A stretch of 64,000 bases of DNA from a virus: positions 2,802 through 66,801 of the IMG/VR virus record IMGVR_UViG_3300036939_000059; one strand, given 5' to 3'. Shown piece after piece: positions 8,880 to 18,102 of this stretch. The translations under genes and the position numbers were made by a program. The notes under the pieces are model-generated. The model was given only the letters and a program-made list of their open reading frames with translations, did no database searches and was not told the origin of the DNA. Each line of letters starts with the position of its first letter. Position 1 is the first letter of the stretch.

Positions 8880-9937
8880 CTCTTACCATTGCTCGCGTTG
8901 CCGACTTGCAAATAGAAGGCGACTGGGACGAAGCTGCCATTCTTGAGGCGGAATCAGTCTTAAAAAATGAAGAGGGGATACTACCCCCCATTGTCCTCGA
9001 CCCTAAAAATCGCATTATCCAAGGAGCAACTACTGTCCTGGCTGCCCGTCGGCTTGGAATCAGTATGCTTGCTGCCACTATTGTAAGCGATTCGCCCAAG
9101 GCTCCGAGCGCTCTCCTTGAACTCCCCGAAGAGACAAACAGAACGGATGTCCCCACGGCAACCTTACTGGATGCCGACGGGCAAAAGCGAACGTTCCACA
9201 TTGAGGGTATCCAAGGTTCATCCGTTGTCATCGGCGGCAAGCTTTATCCGTTGATCGATGTCGAACTTAATGAAATTGCGATCGCTCTCCTTGATGACAC
9301 TCAGTTGGATTACGCGCTCAACAGTGAAGCGAGTCTAGCCTTCAGTGCAGCAGACGCCGCAGTATCAGCCGCAGCTTCAGCCTTATTAAGAGCACGTAAA
9401 TCAGGCCTTTACCTGCTTGAGAAAAGAAGCCGAACGAAAAAAGGCGGTTGGCTCCCGTGGTTGAAAGCCAAGTGTCCAGAGATAAGTGAGCGCCGTGCTC
9501 AAGACTGGATGCAAATCGCTAAACATTGGGACGAGATTGAGAAAAACGCGACGCATCGCGGATTGGAATTGAGCAGCTTGTCTATGGGGGGAGCGTTGAA
9601 ACTCCTAAGAAGCAAAGACGGTGACGAAGGCAAAGGAGATAAGGGAGCAAGTGTTGCCCCAAACCAACTAAAGCTAGCCCTTGATGACAATACTCCCACC
9701 CCAGTAACCGCACGCCTTCCAACCTTGGATGAGATTTGCGAAGCTTACAGCTTTAACCTCCCCACCATGCCAGCGGGTCGAGTCCATTGGGCAGCAAGGA
9801 CAACACTCCAAGCTTTAGCCCCAAAAGCTACCGAGCTATCCGACGGTGAATTACTTGAACTAAACAAAGATGCGATCGCTTTAGCTCAGATCGCTGAACA
9901 ACTACTTGAGGAGCGGAACAATGTCCAAGCATCCTAG
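8876..9937 (+). CDS. ParB-like N-terminus plus DUF3102-like domain
   Basis: LPPIVLDPKNRIIQGATTVLAARRLG; GLYLLEKRSRTKKGGWLPWLKAKCPEISERRAQDWMQIA. Confidence 0.65.
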   Translation: MTLTIARVADLQIEGDWDEAAILEAESVLKNEEGILPPIVLDPKNRIIQGATTVLAARRLGISMLAATIVSDSPKAPSALLELPEETNRTDVPTATLLDADGQKRTFHIEGIQGSSVVIGGKLYPLIDVELNEIAIALLDDTQLDYALNSEASLAFSAADAAVSAAASALLRARKSGLYLLEKRSRTKKGGWLPWLKAKCPEISERRAQDWMQIAKHWDEIEKNATHRGLELSSLSMGGALKLLRSKDGDEGKGDKGASVAPNQLKLALDDNTPTPVTARLPTLDEICEAYSFNLPTMPAGRVHWAARTTLQALAPKATELSDGELLELNKDAIALAQIAEQLLEERNNVQAS

Positions 9938-10235
9938 CTCCAACCGTTTCGCCTACATCGAACCCTCTACAGTTCTCTTCTTAGAAAATATCGGCTTCTA
10001 CTACGACGGCTGTGAGCCAGCACCCCTAGAAGAGGGCAAAGTTTACCAGCTTGAAATTTACCGAGACTGGCAAATCCAGGTTGAACCTTACTTCGTCATC
10101 ACCCACACCCCAACAGGACACTGCTGGATGCCGTGGAATGATGCCCCTGAAGACGCGGACTTCATCAAAAAAGTCATCCGCGCTGGAACACAAGTACAAC
10201 TGGCTAAATTCTGGGAGGAGTCATGCAGACCATAA
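9906..10235 (+). CDS. Hypothetical protein (start may be 9921)
   Basis: In operon, overlapping neighbours. Confidence 0.55.
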   Translation: MRSGTMSKHPSSNRFAYIEPSTVLFLENIGFYYDGCEPAPLEEGKVYQLEIYRDWQIQVEPYFVITHTPTGHCWMPWNDAPEDADFIKKVIRAGTQVQLAKFWEESCRP

Positions 10236-10798
10236 TCCCAACTACCACAACCATCAGCCAACTGATCAGGGAGATCCAAAGCTTAATTGAACTCCAGAAA
10301 AACCTAGAGGGACAGCGGAAAAATATCCACGCCGACGAAATAGCCCTGCTTTTCTCGACCGGAGCCAAGATTGAACAGCTCAAAAAGGCTTGTACCAAGC
10401 ACGGGGACTACAAACCATTGCTTATGGCTGCCGGACTGAACTGGACCACAGCAGACCGCCAGCACAAAACATTCCTGCTGTTTGGAGAGTATCGCAACAC
10501 CCCCTGGATCTTGAACTTTGGCAAATCCGCACTGATGGAACTGAGTTATCACAACTTCAAAAAAGACAACAACCGCGCCATTGGACTCGTTGCCGAAGCG
10601 ATAGAGCTTGCCAAGTCTGGCACAGAAATCGGCGTCGCTTGGGTCAACGCTCGGATTGAAGGGCGACGGGCAGCAGCGGGAATCAGGCGAACTCGAATGA
10701 GCGCTCGTGTTCGCAAGGCGATCCACGCAGCAATTGACCAGCACGGGGAAGAGAAGGTGTTGGAGGCGATCAGTGCTCTAGGGGGGGTGGAGTCGTGA
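10223..10798 (+). CDS. DUF3102-like protein
   Basis: GAKIEQLKKACTKHGDYKPLL..LNWTTADR pattern. Confidence 0.5.
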   Translation: MQTIIPTTTTISQLIREIQSLIELQKNLEGQRKNIHADEIALLFSTGAKIEQLKKACTKHGDYKPLLMAAGLNWTTADRQHKTFLLFGEYRNTPWILNFGKSALMELSYHNFKKDNNRAIGLVAEAIELAKSGTEIGVAWVNARIEGRRAAAGIRRTRMSARVRKAIHAAIDQHGEEKVLEAISALGGVES

Positions 10799-11889
10799 GC
10801 AATACGGCTACTGCTCTCTACAAAGCGCTCCACAAAAAACGCGCTTACACCAAGCTTTACTGGGACATCGCCAACGTCATCGGCATCAATGAAGCTCTGC
10901 TAATCGAAGTTGTCGAAAGATGGTGCCAAATCAATGAGGAGAAAGGACAAGCCTATTACTTTCACGAAGGGGAGTGGTGGACATCTGCCAGCTACAAACA
11001 ATGGGAGGAGATGTATCCAGCCCTCGGAAGTGATCGAAAAATCCAGAGAGCCTTCTTGAAACTGACGGAGGAGAATTACATCCTCTCTTGTCAGCCAAAC
11101 CGAAAGCAAGGTAATCCGACCAAGTACTACAGAGTAAATGCTGAAGCTATTGGCGAACTACTGCTAAACGGAAAATCTCAGGGGGGGTTAGTGCCAAATC
11201 TGGATGAAGGGTTAGTGCCAAATCTGGATGAAGTTAACGACAATTTGGCACTAACCTTAGTGCCAAATCTGGATGAACAATATATAGAAGATCAGATCAA
11301 TAGATCAGATCAATTAATCAGATCAGTAATCCCCCCTACCCCCCACAGGGGAAACGAGAGCGAACCAACTTCCACGGTTGAGATTGTCGAGGAAGAGGTA
11401 AGCCCACCTCCCTTGCAAGAAGAAATCAGCCAATTAATTCTTTTCACTGGCAATACAGATTCTGGTTTAGATCGTTCTTCCGGGCACGTTGCAACAAAGC
11501 AAAAGCAGCAAGTTGACTATCAGCCTCTTATTGACTTGTACAACGAATACAAGCCAGCTTTGTGGCGCAAATCGTCGCTGACACCGGATAGGGAGCGATC
11601 GCTTAAACAGCTTTTCAACCTGCACAAAGAGGCATTAGCTGAAAAGATGATCGACGCCCTCAAGTGGGCAGAGTCTGATGAGTTTTGGTCAGGACGCAAG
11701 AACGTCAAATCAGGCTCAAAGAAAAAATTTGACATCGATACGTTAACCAGGGACGGCAGGGTTCAGAAGTGGGCAGAGTATCTAGCCGATGATGGGCAGT
11801 CTTTATCCCCGGAAAACCAAAAACTAGCCGAAGCTTACGCACACGTTTCAAATGCCTTGAATAGCACAGGAGGATTTTTCGATGATTAG
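10795..11889 (+). CDS. Phage replication initiator (lambda O-like organisation, internal iterons)
   Basis: N-terminal wHTH-like region (SDRKIQRAFLKLTEENYILS..NPTKYYRVN); internal LVPNLDE x3 encoded by DNA iterons; followed by a loader-like gene. Confidence 0.75.
   Translation: MSNTATALYKALHKKRAYTKLYWDIANVIGINEALLIEVVERWCQINEEKGQAYYFHEGEWWTSASYKQWEEMYPALGSDRKIQRAFLKLTEENYILSCQPNRKQGNPTKYYRVNAEAIGELLLNGKSQGGLVPNLDEGLVPNLDEVNDNLALTLVPNLDEQYIEDQINRSDQLIRSVIPPTPHRGNESEPTSTVEIVEEEVSPPPLQEEISQLILFTGNTDSGLDRSSGHVATKQKQQVDYQPLIDLYNEYKPALWRKSSLTPDRERSLKQLFNLHKEALAEKMIDALKWAESDEFWSGRKNVKSGSKKKFDIDTLTRDGRVQKWAEYLADDGQSLSPENQKLAEAYAHVSNALNSTGGFFDD
11188..11325. repeat. Putative replication origin: iterons plus GATC cluster
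   Basis: TTAGTGCCAAATCTGGATGAA at 11188, 11212 and 11257; inverted partial copy 11243-11256; five GATC in an AT-rich tract 11290-11325. Confidence 0.75.
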
Positions 11890-12586
11890 TGAAACCGCGC
11901 TAACACAAGGAATCACGCTGCTTTCTGCTCACTACGAGCGCAAGCTGCTAGACGACGTGGTGAAAATTTGGAAGGAGTACTTGTCTGAGCATCTTGACGA
12001 GACTGAGTTCAAGGAAGCTGTTAGATACTCTATCTTGCACGAGCGCTTCATGCCCACCGCTGGCGATTTGGTCAACTACGTCCACGGCAACAAAGAAGCG
12101 AAAGCTATCCAGGAATGGCGTTTAGTCCTAGAAGCGGCTAAAAATTGCAACGACTTGTCTCAACTGGCATACCTTGACGTTCGCGCTCAAGTGGCGCTAC
12201 AAGCCGTAGGTGGGCTGCAAGCTGTAGGGCTAGCCGATAGCTACGAACGGCAGAGGCTAGAAAAAAGCTTTATCACCGTCTACTGCCAGTCTGGAACCAA
12301 GGATAGCAAGTCACTTCCCCAATCCTCACCTGTGTCCACTCAGGAAGCCGACAAAGCTCCTCCAGAGCCATCGCCTATGCCAGAACACATTAAGCAAAAA
12401 ATAGAGGCTCTGAAGTCTAATTTTGGAGGGATTAAGAAAAAGACTGACGAACCTTCCCATCAAGAAGAGGTGGCATCGTCAAGAGAGCTACCAGAAAGCC
12501 TCAGAAAAGAGGTGGAAGAGACGATGGCACGGGCGCAGAATCGGCACGCAGTGCAAGAAGTTTTGACACAAGATCTGGAGTTTTAA
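11882..12586 (+). CDS. Helicase loader/inhibitor-like protein (G39P/DUF6475-like)
   Basis: VVKIWKEYLSEHLDETEFKEAV..RFMPTAGDL..AIQEWRLVLEA; position right after the initiator. Confidence 0.55.
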   Translation: MISETALTQGITLLSAHYERKLLDDVVKIWKEYLSEHLDETEFKEAVRYSILHERFMPTAGDLVNYVHGNKEAKAIQEWRLVLEAAKNCNDLSQLAYLDVRAQVALQAVGGLQAVGLADSYERQRLEKSFITVYCQSGTKDSKSLPQSSPVSTQEADKAPPEPSPMPEHIKQKIEALKSNFGGIKKKTDEPSHQEEVASSRELPESLRKEVEETMARAQNRHAVQEVLTQDLEF

Positions 12587-12588
12587 CG

Positions 12589-12789
12589 ATGCAGGACTAC
12601 TCCGACTTAATCCATTCTTGCCGCCAAGAGCTTCACCGCGTCGGACTGAATTGGAGGTCACCCCGCGTCTTGGATTTTTGCGATCGCGCCACAGGTCACC
12701 GAGACGCCCATTACCTAGAGCCAGTACATCTCCAGATGCTACTGACCAAACTGCAATCCGAACCTACGCCACAAAAGGAAGCCGCATGA
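12589..12789 (+). CDS. Hypothetical protein
   Basis: 66-aa ORF coupled to both neighbours. Confidence 0.55.
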   Translation: MQDYSDLIHSCRQELHRVGLNWRSPRVLDFCDRATGHRDAHYLEPVHLQMLLTKLQSEPTPQKEAA

Positions 12790-13235
12790 TGAACAGCAAA
12801 CAACTAGAGCTACTTCAATCGCCCCCACCTCCCGCTATTAAAGCCCTCAGCTTGAAACAGCCCTACGCCTGGGCATTGTTCAACGGCAAAGACATTGAAA
12901 ACCGCACGTGGCGAACCAATCACCGAGGCTTACTGCTAATCCACGCCTCTGTATCTAAGTCACACCGTTACTGGAATGAAGCTTGTGAGGTCTGCCGCAA
13001 CCAAGGATTAATTATTCCTGGTAAGGCATCCCTCACCTACGGCGCAATCATCGGAGCCGTTGACGTAGCCGACTGTCGCTGGGGAGAAGAAGCCAACGGC
13101 TGGGGCTTTGCCCAACATTGGCACTGGAAGATCGAGAACCCCAGATTATTCAAAGAGCCAATTCCGATGAAGGGTGGGCTGAGCTTTATGAAAACTGACT
13201 TGACCCTACAGGAGGTCAGCGCCTTATGTCAGTAA
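12786..13235 (+). CDS. ASCH domain protein
   Basis: ALSLKQPYAWALFNGKDIENRTWRTNHRGLLLIHAS; start moved to ATG 12786. Confidence 0.9.
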   Translation: MMNSKQLELLQSPPPPAIKALSLKQPYAWALFNGKDIENRTWRTNHRGLLLIHASVSKSHRYWNEACEVCRNQGLIIPGKASLTYGAIIGAVDVADCRWGEEANGWGFAQHWHWKIENPRLFKEPIPMKGGLSFMKTDLTLQEVSALCQ

Positions 13236-15610
13236 AGCGCGATGCGTCGCGGTTATCTCAACAACCGATTGAGGAAATGAACGGTTTTAAGATAGGCGAT
13301 CGCGTCATTGAAGACAGCAACAATCCAGATTGGGGCGTGAAAATCGATTCTTTGATTAAGCACGCAGAGATTTTAGGTTTTCGCCCTAGCTATTTTGGCA
13401 GCGACACAATTTTCCCTTGGGTTCGTGACAGTAATGGGGCTGAAAGTTTTGCCCTTTGGGAGTGCTTGTCTCATGACGCAGGCTACCAGTCCTCAGCTAC
13501 CCCGTGCGTGGGAGACGCTCGAAGGGAAAGCGAAGAAGCTTTTAAGGAAGTCGTCGAAGCTTTGTCTAATCCCGCTCCGACAACCAAAGAAAAACAATGC
13601 TCGCAATGCTCGACAAATTTGCAGGAATCGGAGGAGCCACTATCGCCGGCGACTGGCTTGGAATCAAAACCACTCAGTTTGTTGAAATCGACCCCGACGC
13701 TCAAGCCGTCCTCCGACACTACTACCCCAGCATCCCAATCCACCCTGACATCAGAACCTATCATCCCAAACCCAGAGAACACGACATCCATTGGAATTCA
13801 TTCCCCTGTACAGGTACATCCAGTGCTGGAACTCGCGCAGGACTTAATCACGTTGAATCCCGTCTTTGGTTTGAGGCCTTGCGATGCGTCGTCGAGGGGC
13901 ATCCAAAATTCGTGGTTATTGAAAATCCTGAGGGACTCATCCACCGAGGTCTTCGAGCAGTCCTTGGCGGACTCCGAATGGCAGGCTATGCGTGGGACGA
14001 TCCGCAGCTCATATCGGCGTCTTGGCTTGGCGCTGTGCACCGCAGAAACCGACTCTTCATTGTTGCCTACCCCAACGAGTTACTCAGAAGGTTCCGACAC
14101 CCACCGACCCGCTGGGACGAACAAATTAGAGCGAACGTTGAAGCTTCTTCCCACTCCAGTGGCACGGGACGGGAAGGGTCGAACGGGCACACCCAACGAG
14201 TCATTGACCGAACCGATTCAGGAATACTTAACGGGAACGGACAAAATGCACCCAGCAGTTCCGGGTTGGATGATGGGGTTCCCGCCTGGTTATGCGGAAA
14301 AGATTTCAATGGCTGGTGGCGCGACAATCCAGCCCCACGATACCCAGGCGTTGCGGCCAGAACCCCAGGACGCCGAGCCTGTATCAAGCTCTACGGCAGA
14401 GCTGTCATGCCCCAACAAGCCGCGATCGCACTCCGTCGAGTCCTTTACCTCAATTCCCTCCTTACCTAAAATGCTTTGCACTATCAAACAGCCCGGTCAA
14501 CCTGAATTGATCGGAACAATCGCCCAGGACTTAGGCAGTGAGTTCTCGATTCGTATTGAAGGGTCAGAACAGCCCGTCACCGTTCCCAAGCTCTACGTAT
14601 TTCCTGGCTCCCAAAAACCTCAATCACCTGAGCCTACTTGGAAAGAGGGCGATCGCGCCTACTACCAGAATCAGCCTTGTACCATTCTTGTCCCAGTGGG
14701 CAGGGGTAAGTGCGTCAATAAGACCAAAATTGCCACAGCAGAAGACTTTGAGGGTTTCTGGGTTCCTACAACCGACTTGGCAGCGGCGAGTGACAACCCC
14801 AACCCAAAACCGCGATGCGCCGCGCCTATCGCTCAGGCGAACGACCTTTTAATACTTGATGCCGCCCAGTCTCAGTTGAAAGAACAGATCGCCAAATTCA
14901 AAGGCGATCGCAAAAAAAACAAAGCTCTAAAGAATTGTGAAGCTCACCTCGAAAACATTCAGGAGCTACGCGCTGTTGTCGAACAGGGTCAGCCCCTGGT
15001 TGGGATGTGGGTCACCAAACAAATTCCCGATTTTAATTGCGTCGGGCAAATCATTGAGGCGAATTCGGGTGAGCAATCGACGTGGGTGCAATGGTGGGGG
15101 AATCCCACGCCCTATCCAGAACAACTAGGCATCCTAACTTGGGACGAATTCGCCCAGACCACAACGCTTGAACCTAACAGCAAGATTCGTATTATTCCGG
15201 GGCACAAGACTTTGAAGCCCGGAACCCTATTCCAAGTTCAGGATCTGCACGCCAATGGCTGGGTCTTGACCACTGACGACCAGTTAATTTCTAGTAAGTA
15301 TTGGGAGGTAGCTGATGACGAATCCCAACCCCAACCGACCGACACAAGTAGTTTTGAGATTCCTGAACCAGCCGAAGACATTCCAGCAACTGAAGCAGGA
15401 AGTCCCGCTCAAGACTTGTTCCTTGAAGGCCTCCCTAGGGATTCTGATTTCCCAAGGGAGGGTCAGGTACAGCTACAAGATGAGACTGTACAGGCGGACT
15501 TGAAAGACGCGGGGACAGAGGAGGAAAACGATTTGGTCTATCGTCAGCTCCTACAAATGGGCATCCCCCCAGCCCAGGCTCGGTACTTAGCTAGCCAAGG
15601 AGTACGGTAA
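13226..15610 (+). CDS. 794-aa protein carrying the putative C5-MTase beta segment (TRD plus motif IX) with long extensions
   Basis: GGAGG RBS; LLPTP..LLPTPVARDGKG..MHPAVPGWMMGFPPGY at 14060-14293; short SH3/KOW-like segments (FKIGDRV, WKEGDRAYY). Confidence 0.75.
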   Translation: MSVKRDASRLSQQPIEEMNGFKIGDRVIEDSNNPDWGVKIDSLIKHAEILGFRPSYFGSDTIFPWVRDSNGAESFALWECLSHDAGYQSSATPCVGDARRESEEAFKEVVEALSNPAPTTKEKQCSQCSTNLQESEEPLSPATGLESKPLSLLKSTPTLKPSSDTTTPASQSTLTSEPIIPNPENTTSIGIHSPVQVHPVLELAQDLITLNPVFGLRPCDASSRGIQNSWLLKILRDSSTEVFEQSLADSEWQAMRGTIRSSYRRLGLALCTAETDSSLLPTPTSYSEGSDTHRPAGTNKLERTLKLLPTPVARDGKGRTGTPNESLTEPIQEYLTGTDKMHPAVPGWMMGFPPGYAEKISMAGGATIQPHDTQALRPEPQDAEPVSSSTAELSCPNKPRSHSVESFTSIPSLPKMLCTIKQPGQPELIGTIAQDLGSEFSIRIEGSEQPVTVPKLYVFPGSQKPQSPEPTWKEGDRAYYQNQPCTILVPVGRGKCVNKTKIATAEDFEGFWVPTTDLAAASDNPNPKPRCAAPIAQANDLLILDAAQSQLKEQIAKFKGDRKKNKALKNCEAHLENIQELRAVVEQGQPLVGMWVTKQIPDFNCVGQIIEANSGEQSTWVQWWGNPTPYPEQLGILTWDEFAQTTTLEPNSKIRIIPGHKTLKPGTLFQVQDLHANGWVLTTDDQLISSKYWEVADDESQPQPTDTSSFEIPEPAEDIPATEAGSPAQDLFLEGLPRDSDFPREGQVQLQDETVQADLKDAGTEEENDLVYRQLLQMGIPPAQARYLASQGVR
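13597..14469 (+). CDS. dcm: C5 DNA cytosine methyltransferase (alpha subunit) nested in another frame of 13226-15610
   Basis: Motif I FAGIGG, IV SFPC, VI IENPEG, VIII HRRNRLFIVA, X LYGRAVMPQQA; no motif IX in this frame. Confidence 0.92.
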   Translation: MLAMLDKFAGIGGATIAGDWLGIKTTQFVEIDPDAQAVLRHYYPSIPIHPDIRTYHPKPREHDIHWNSFPCTGTSSAGTRAGLNHVESRLWFEALRCVVEGHPKFVVIENPEGLIHRGLRAVLGGLRMAGYAWDDPQLISASWLGAVHRRNRLFIVAYPNELLRRFRHPPTRWDEQIRANVEASSHSSGTGREGSNGHTQRVIDRTDSGILNGNGQNAPSSSGLDDGVPAWLCGKDFNGWWRDNPAPRYPGVAARTPGRRACIKLYGRAVMPQQAAIALRRVLYLNSLLT

Positions 15611-15930
15611 TGCAGGATTCAGAATTGACTAAAGCCGCGATCGCTCTTGCCAATGCCACTGTTACCCTGACAGAGGCGATCGCGACAGTAAAAGAACTCC
15701 TCCAAAATCAAGTGAGCGATTCAGTGTGGCTCTCGCCTAAGCAAGCCGCAGCTCGACTGGGAGTAAAACCTATCTCGATTCTTTCCCGTATCCGAGATGG
15801 GCGCTACAAGCTAGGTGTCCACTATGTGAATACCTCAGACGGCGATCGCCCTACTTATCTCGTATCCCTAGGGGCTATTCAGAAGGAGATGACTAAGCCT
15901 CCTGAGAAGCGGAAGCCTGCCAAGAGATAA
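15610..15930 (+). CDS. Excisionase-like HTH protein
   Basis: WLSPKQAAARLGVKPISILSRIRDG..GVHY. Confidence 0.65.
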   Translation: MQDSELTKAAIALANATVTLTEAIATVKELLQNQVSDSVWLSPKQAAARLGVKPISILSRIRDGRYKLGVHYVNTSDGDRPTYLVSLGAIQKEMTKPPEKRKPAKR

Positions 15931-16020
15931 CCGCGATGCGTCGCGGGTTTGAGAGCGTGAAAAATTGACAAAATGTGATTCGCGCTCTTTTGTAACTTTT
16001 TTACACAACGAGGTTTTTGT

Positions 16021-16953
16021 ATGAAATATGCTTCGTCTATTCGATATGGCGGTGAGCTAATTGAGGCTAAGGATTGTGACTATGAAAGTTATAAACACCT
16101 TGGGTTGCTTTGTCCGGAGTGCAAAGACCCCGTGTTTTTAAAAGCTGAAGGGTTGCGAAGTTTAAAGGATAAAGATGTTAGGGTTGGGGCGCATTTCTCA
16201 CACTTCCCTGGCAAAGACCCTGCTATTGTCTTGGCTTGTGAGAATCGAATTAAGACTTACAGTAAAGAGGATTTGGAGCGCAGGGCTAATCAATCTCGTG
16301 GGCAGCGATTGAAGATGATTCAACGTTGGCTCTATGGAATAATTAAACACAGTCCGCTTTTTAAAGAAGGACAACAAAAGGCTGAGCAACTTGATTTTTT
16401 CTCTAGTGAGGGCGAGGATGACACCGATGAGTTTAGTAAGGCTGCAAAAAAACTTTTTGAGGAACGAGTCTTGAGCCTTTGTGAACATATTAAACAGGGG
16501 AAGCTGAAAGAAGCTGTAAGTAAAGAGTTTGACAAAGAAATAAATTTCGTTAGCTATTTAAAGGATTTAACTCAAAAAGTTTTTGGAGGAACTATTGACA
16601 AGGTAGAATTGCATTATTTGACGATTGAGCTAGGAGCCATATCACAAGAGAAGATGTCAGTCTTGCTTGGATTGACCAAGATAGATCGCCAGATGCAAAA
16701 GATGATTTGTTGCGAGGTCTTGGATTTCCTGTCAACTCCAAGAGCAAGACCGATATTGACTGAAATTTTTCTGGTTGCGTCGGCTTTAAATGAATTCGCT
16801 TATGCTGGTGAAATACCAGAAGATATCTACCGTTTATATGAATGGTCAAAAGACAAAGGTACTACTTCGTGTGTTTGTCAAATAATTGTTCGAGTATCAT
16901 GGCAATCTGAATTTGAAAGAATGAACCAGAATTCGTTATCTTTGTCGTATTAG
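16021..16953 (+). CDS. Hypothetical protein with CoiA-like N-terminal Zn motif
   Basis: LLCPECKDPVFLK..AHFSHF..C; AT-richer than neighbours. Confidence 0.55.
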   Translation: MKYASSIRYGGELIEAKDCDYESYKHLGLLCPECKDPVFLKAEGLRSLKDKDVRVGAHFSHFPGKDPAIVLACENRIKTYSKEDLERRANQSRGQRLKMIQRWLYGIIKHSPLFKEGQQKAEQLDFFSSEGEDDTDEFSKAAKKLFEERVLSLCEHIKQGKLKEAVSKEFDKEINFVSYLKDLTQKVFGGTIDKVELHYLTIELGAISQEKMSVLLGLTKIDRQMQKMICCEVLDFLSTPRARPILTEIFLVASALNEFAYAGEIPEDIYRLYEWSKDKGTTSCVCQIIVRVSWQSEFERMNQNSLSLSY

Positions 16954-16970
16954 AAGGGCAACGGCGGTAT

Positions 16971-17177
16971 TTAATTTGAGCCTGATCGCTTTTTAAATAC
17001 CGCGATCGCTTCTTCCCAGGATGTCGTTCCAATATTGCAAGTGAAGCAAAAAGCCATCCTTTTGATGGGGCTAAACACCAAGTCTTGGGTGTCGCAGATA
17101 GGGCAGGTACAGGACAAATCTTCGCCTTCTTCCTGTAAGTCAGGGAAGTGCTTTTTTAATGTTTCTTCGTTCAGCAT
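16971..17177 (-). CDS. Small Zn-ribbon protein
   Basis: CTCPIC..AFCFTC. Confidence 0.5.
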   Translation of the reverse strand: MLNEETLKKHFPDLQEEGEDLSCTCPICDTQDLVFSPIKRMAFCFTCNIGTTSWEEAIAVFKKRSGSN

Positions 17178-17471
17178 ATGCCCTCTACTATGATCTCTGC
17201 AACGTGTCGCATATTTCCCTCAATCGTAAATCCCACAAAAATGAACGATTTCTCTATCTCAAAAACACTTCCAGTTCGCCCTCGGCTGCCTGAGCTTCCC
17301 GTTGCCATAACGGAAGAATCGCACTATCAATGGTGTCGTGAGATGGGCGAATACATTGCAAAAGCTGGATACAATCAAGATTCGCTAAAGCAGTTGGGGC
17401 GAGGGTTGACAACTTATTCTAGACAAGCTTTACGGGAGGGGTACAAGAAGGCGATAGCGAAGCCGGATTAA
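17178..17471 (+). CDS. Hypothetical protein
   Basis: 97-aa ORF; true start probably an internal ATG. Confidence 0.4.
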   Translation: MPSTMISATCRIFPSIVNPTKMNDFSISKTLPVRPRLPELPVAITEESHYQWCREMGEYIAKAGYNQDSLKQLGRGLTTYSRQALREGYKKAIAKPD

Positions 17472-17510
17472 CGAGATAACCGCGACGTGTCGCGTATTTC
17501 TATTCTTCAC

Positions 17511-17555
17511 TTGACAGGTGTCTACACCCTGAGTAGGATGAAAGGTGTAGACACC
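17511..17555 (+). promoter_or_regulatory. Sigma70-type promoter with inverted operator pair
   Basis: TTGACA-17 nt-TAGGAT; GGTGTCTACACC in the spacer and its reverse complement GGTGTAGACACC at 17544-17555. Confidence 0.75.
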
Positions 17556-17566
17556 CAGCTAGTAGT

Positions 17567-17851
17567 ATGAAAACTTTAATTGATTACTTGACCGGAGATT
17601 TGAGCTATGACAGCTCGTGGGGAATATACGCTGAAAAAATTGACGGCGCATTTAAACCTGAATCTCCCGCTCGTTTTGGTCAACGCATTTTTGACAATGG
17701 TGGGCTGCTTGATGATTGCGAGTTTTTTACCAGCAACGAATCGATTTGCGATGCTCGCGCTAACTATTGCGGACAAGATGACGACGCAGAAGAGTTTTAT
17801 GAGGAGTGGGCAGAGCAGTATATAGAGGAGATGAACTCTGTCTATGCCTAG
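17567..17851 (+). CDS. Hypothetical acidic protein
   Basis: Directly downstream of the promoter. Confidence 0.6.
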   Translation: MKTLIDYLTGDLSYDSSWGIYAEKIDGAFKPESPARFGQRIFDNGGLLDDCEFFTSNESICDARANYCGQDDDAEEFYEEWAEQYIEEMNSVYA

Positions 17852-18035
17852 TAACCCTGATAGTCGAATTGAATTTAGGGATATCGAGGCTAAAGCAAAA
17901 ATTCGCTCTCTCAGTCTAAGCCCAAATCAGTTCGCCAAGCTAGCTGTAAATAGAGTCCTTGAATCAGGAAAATGCCCCGTTTGCTTAAAGCCTTTTAATG
18001 AGTGCGAGTATTTCCAGCGAATAGAAAACGAGTAA
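17844..18035 (+). CDS. Small RHH/Arc-like protein with Zn motif
   Basis: SRIEFRDIEAKAKIRSLSLSPNQFAKLAVNRVL..CPVC; candidate autoregulator of the promoter. Confidence 0.45.
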   Translation: MPSNPDSRIEFRDIEAKAKIRSLSLSPNQFAKLAVNRVLESGKCPVCLKPFNECEYFQRIENE

Positions 18036-18067
18036 CGCGAAAACTCTATTCAACTAGCCATTTTTGC

Positions 18068-18096
18068 TAACTTCCCGTAGTCACTGCGGGAAGTTA
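18068..18096. terminator. Bidirectional terminator
   Basis: TAACTTCCCGTAG-TCA-CTGCGGGAAGTTA between convergent genes. Confidence 0.7.
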
Positions 18097-18102
18097 TTTC
18101 TT

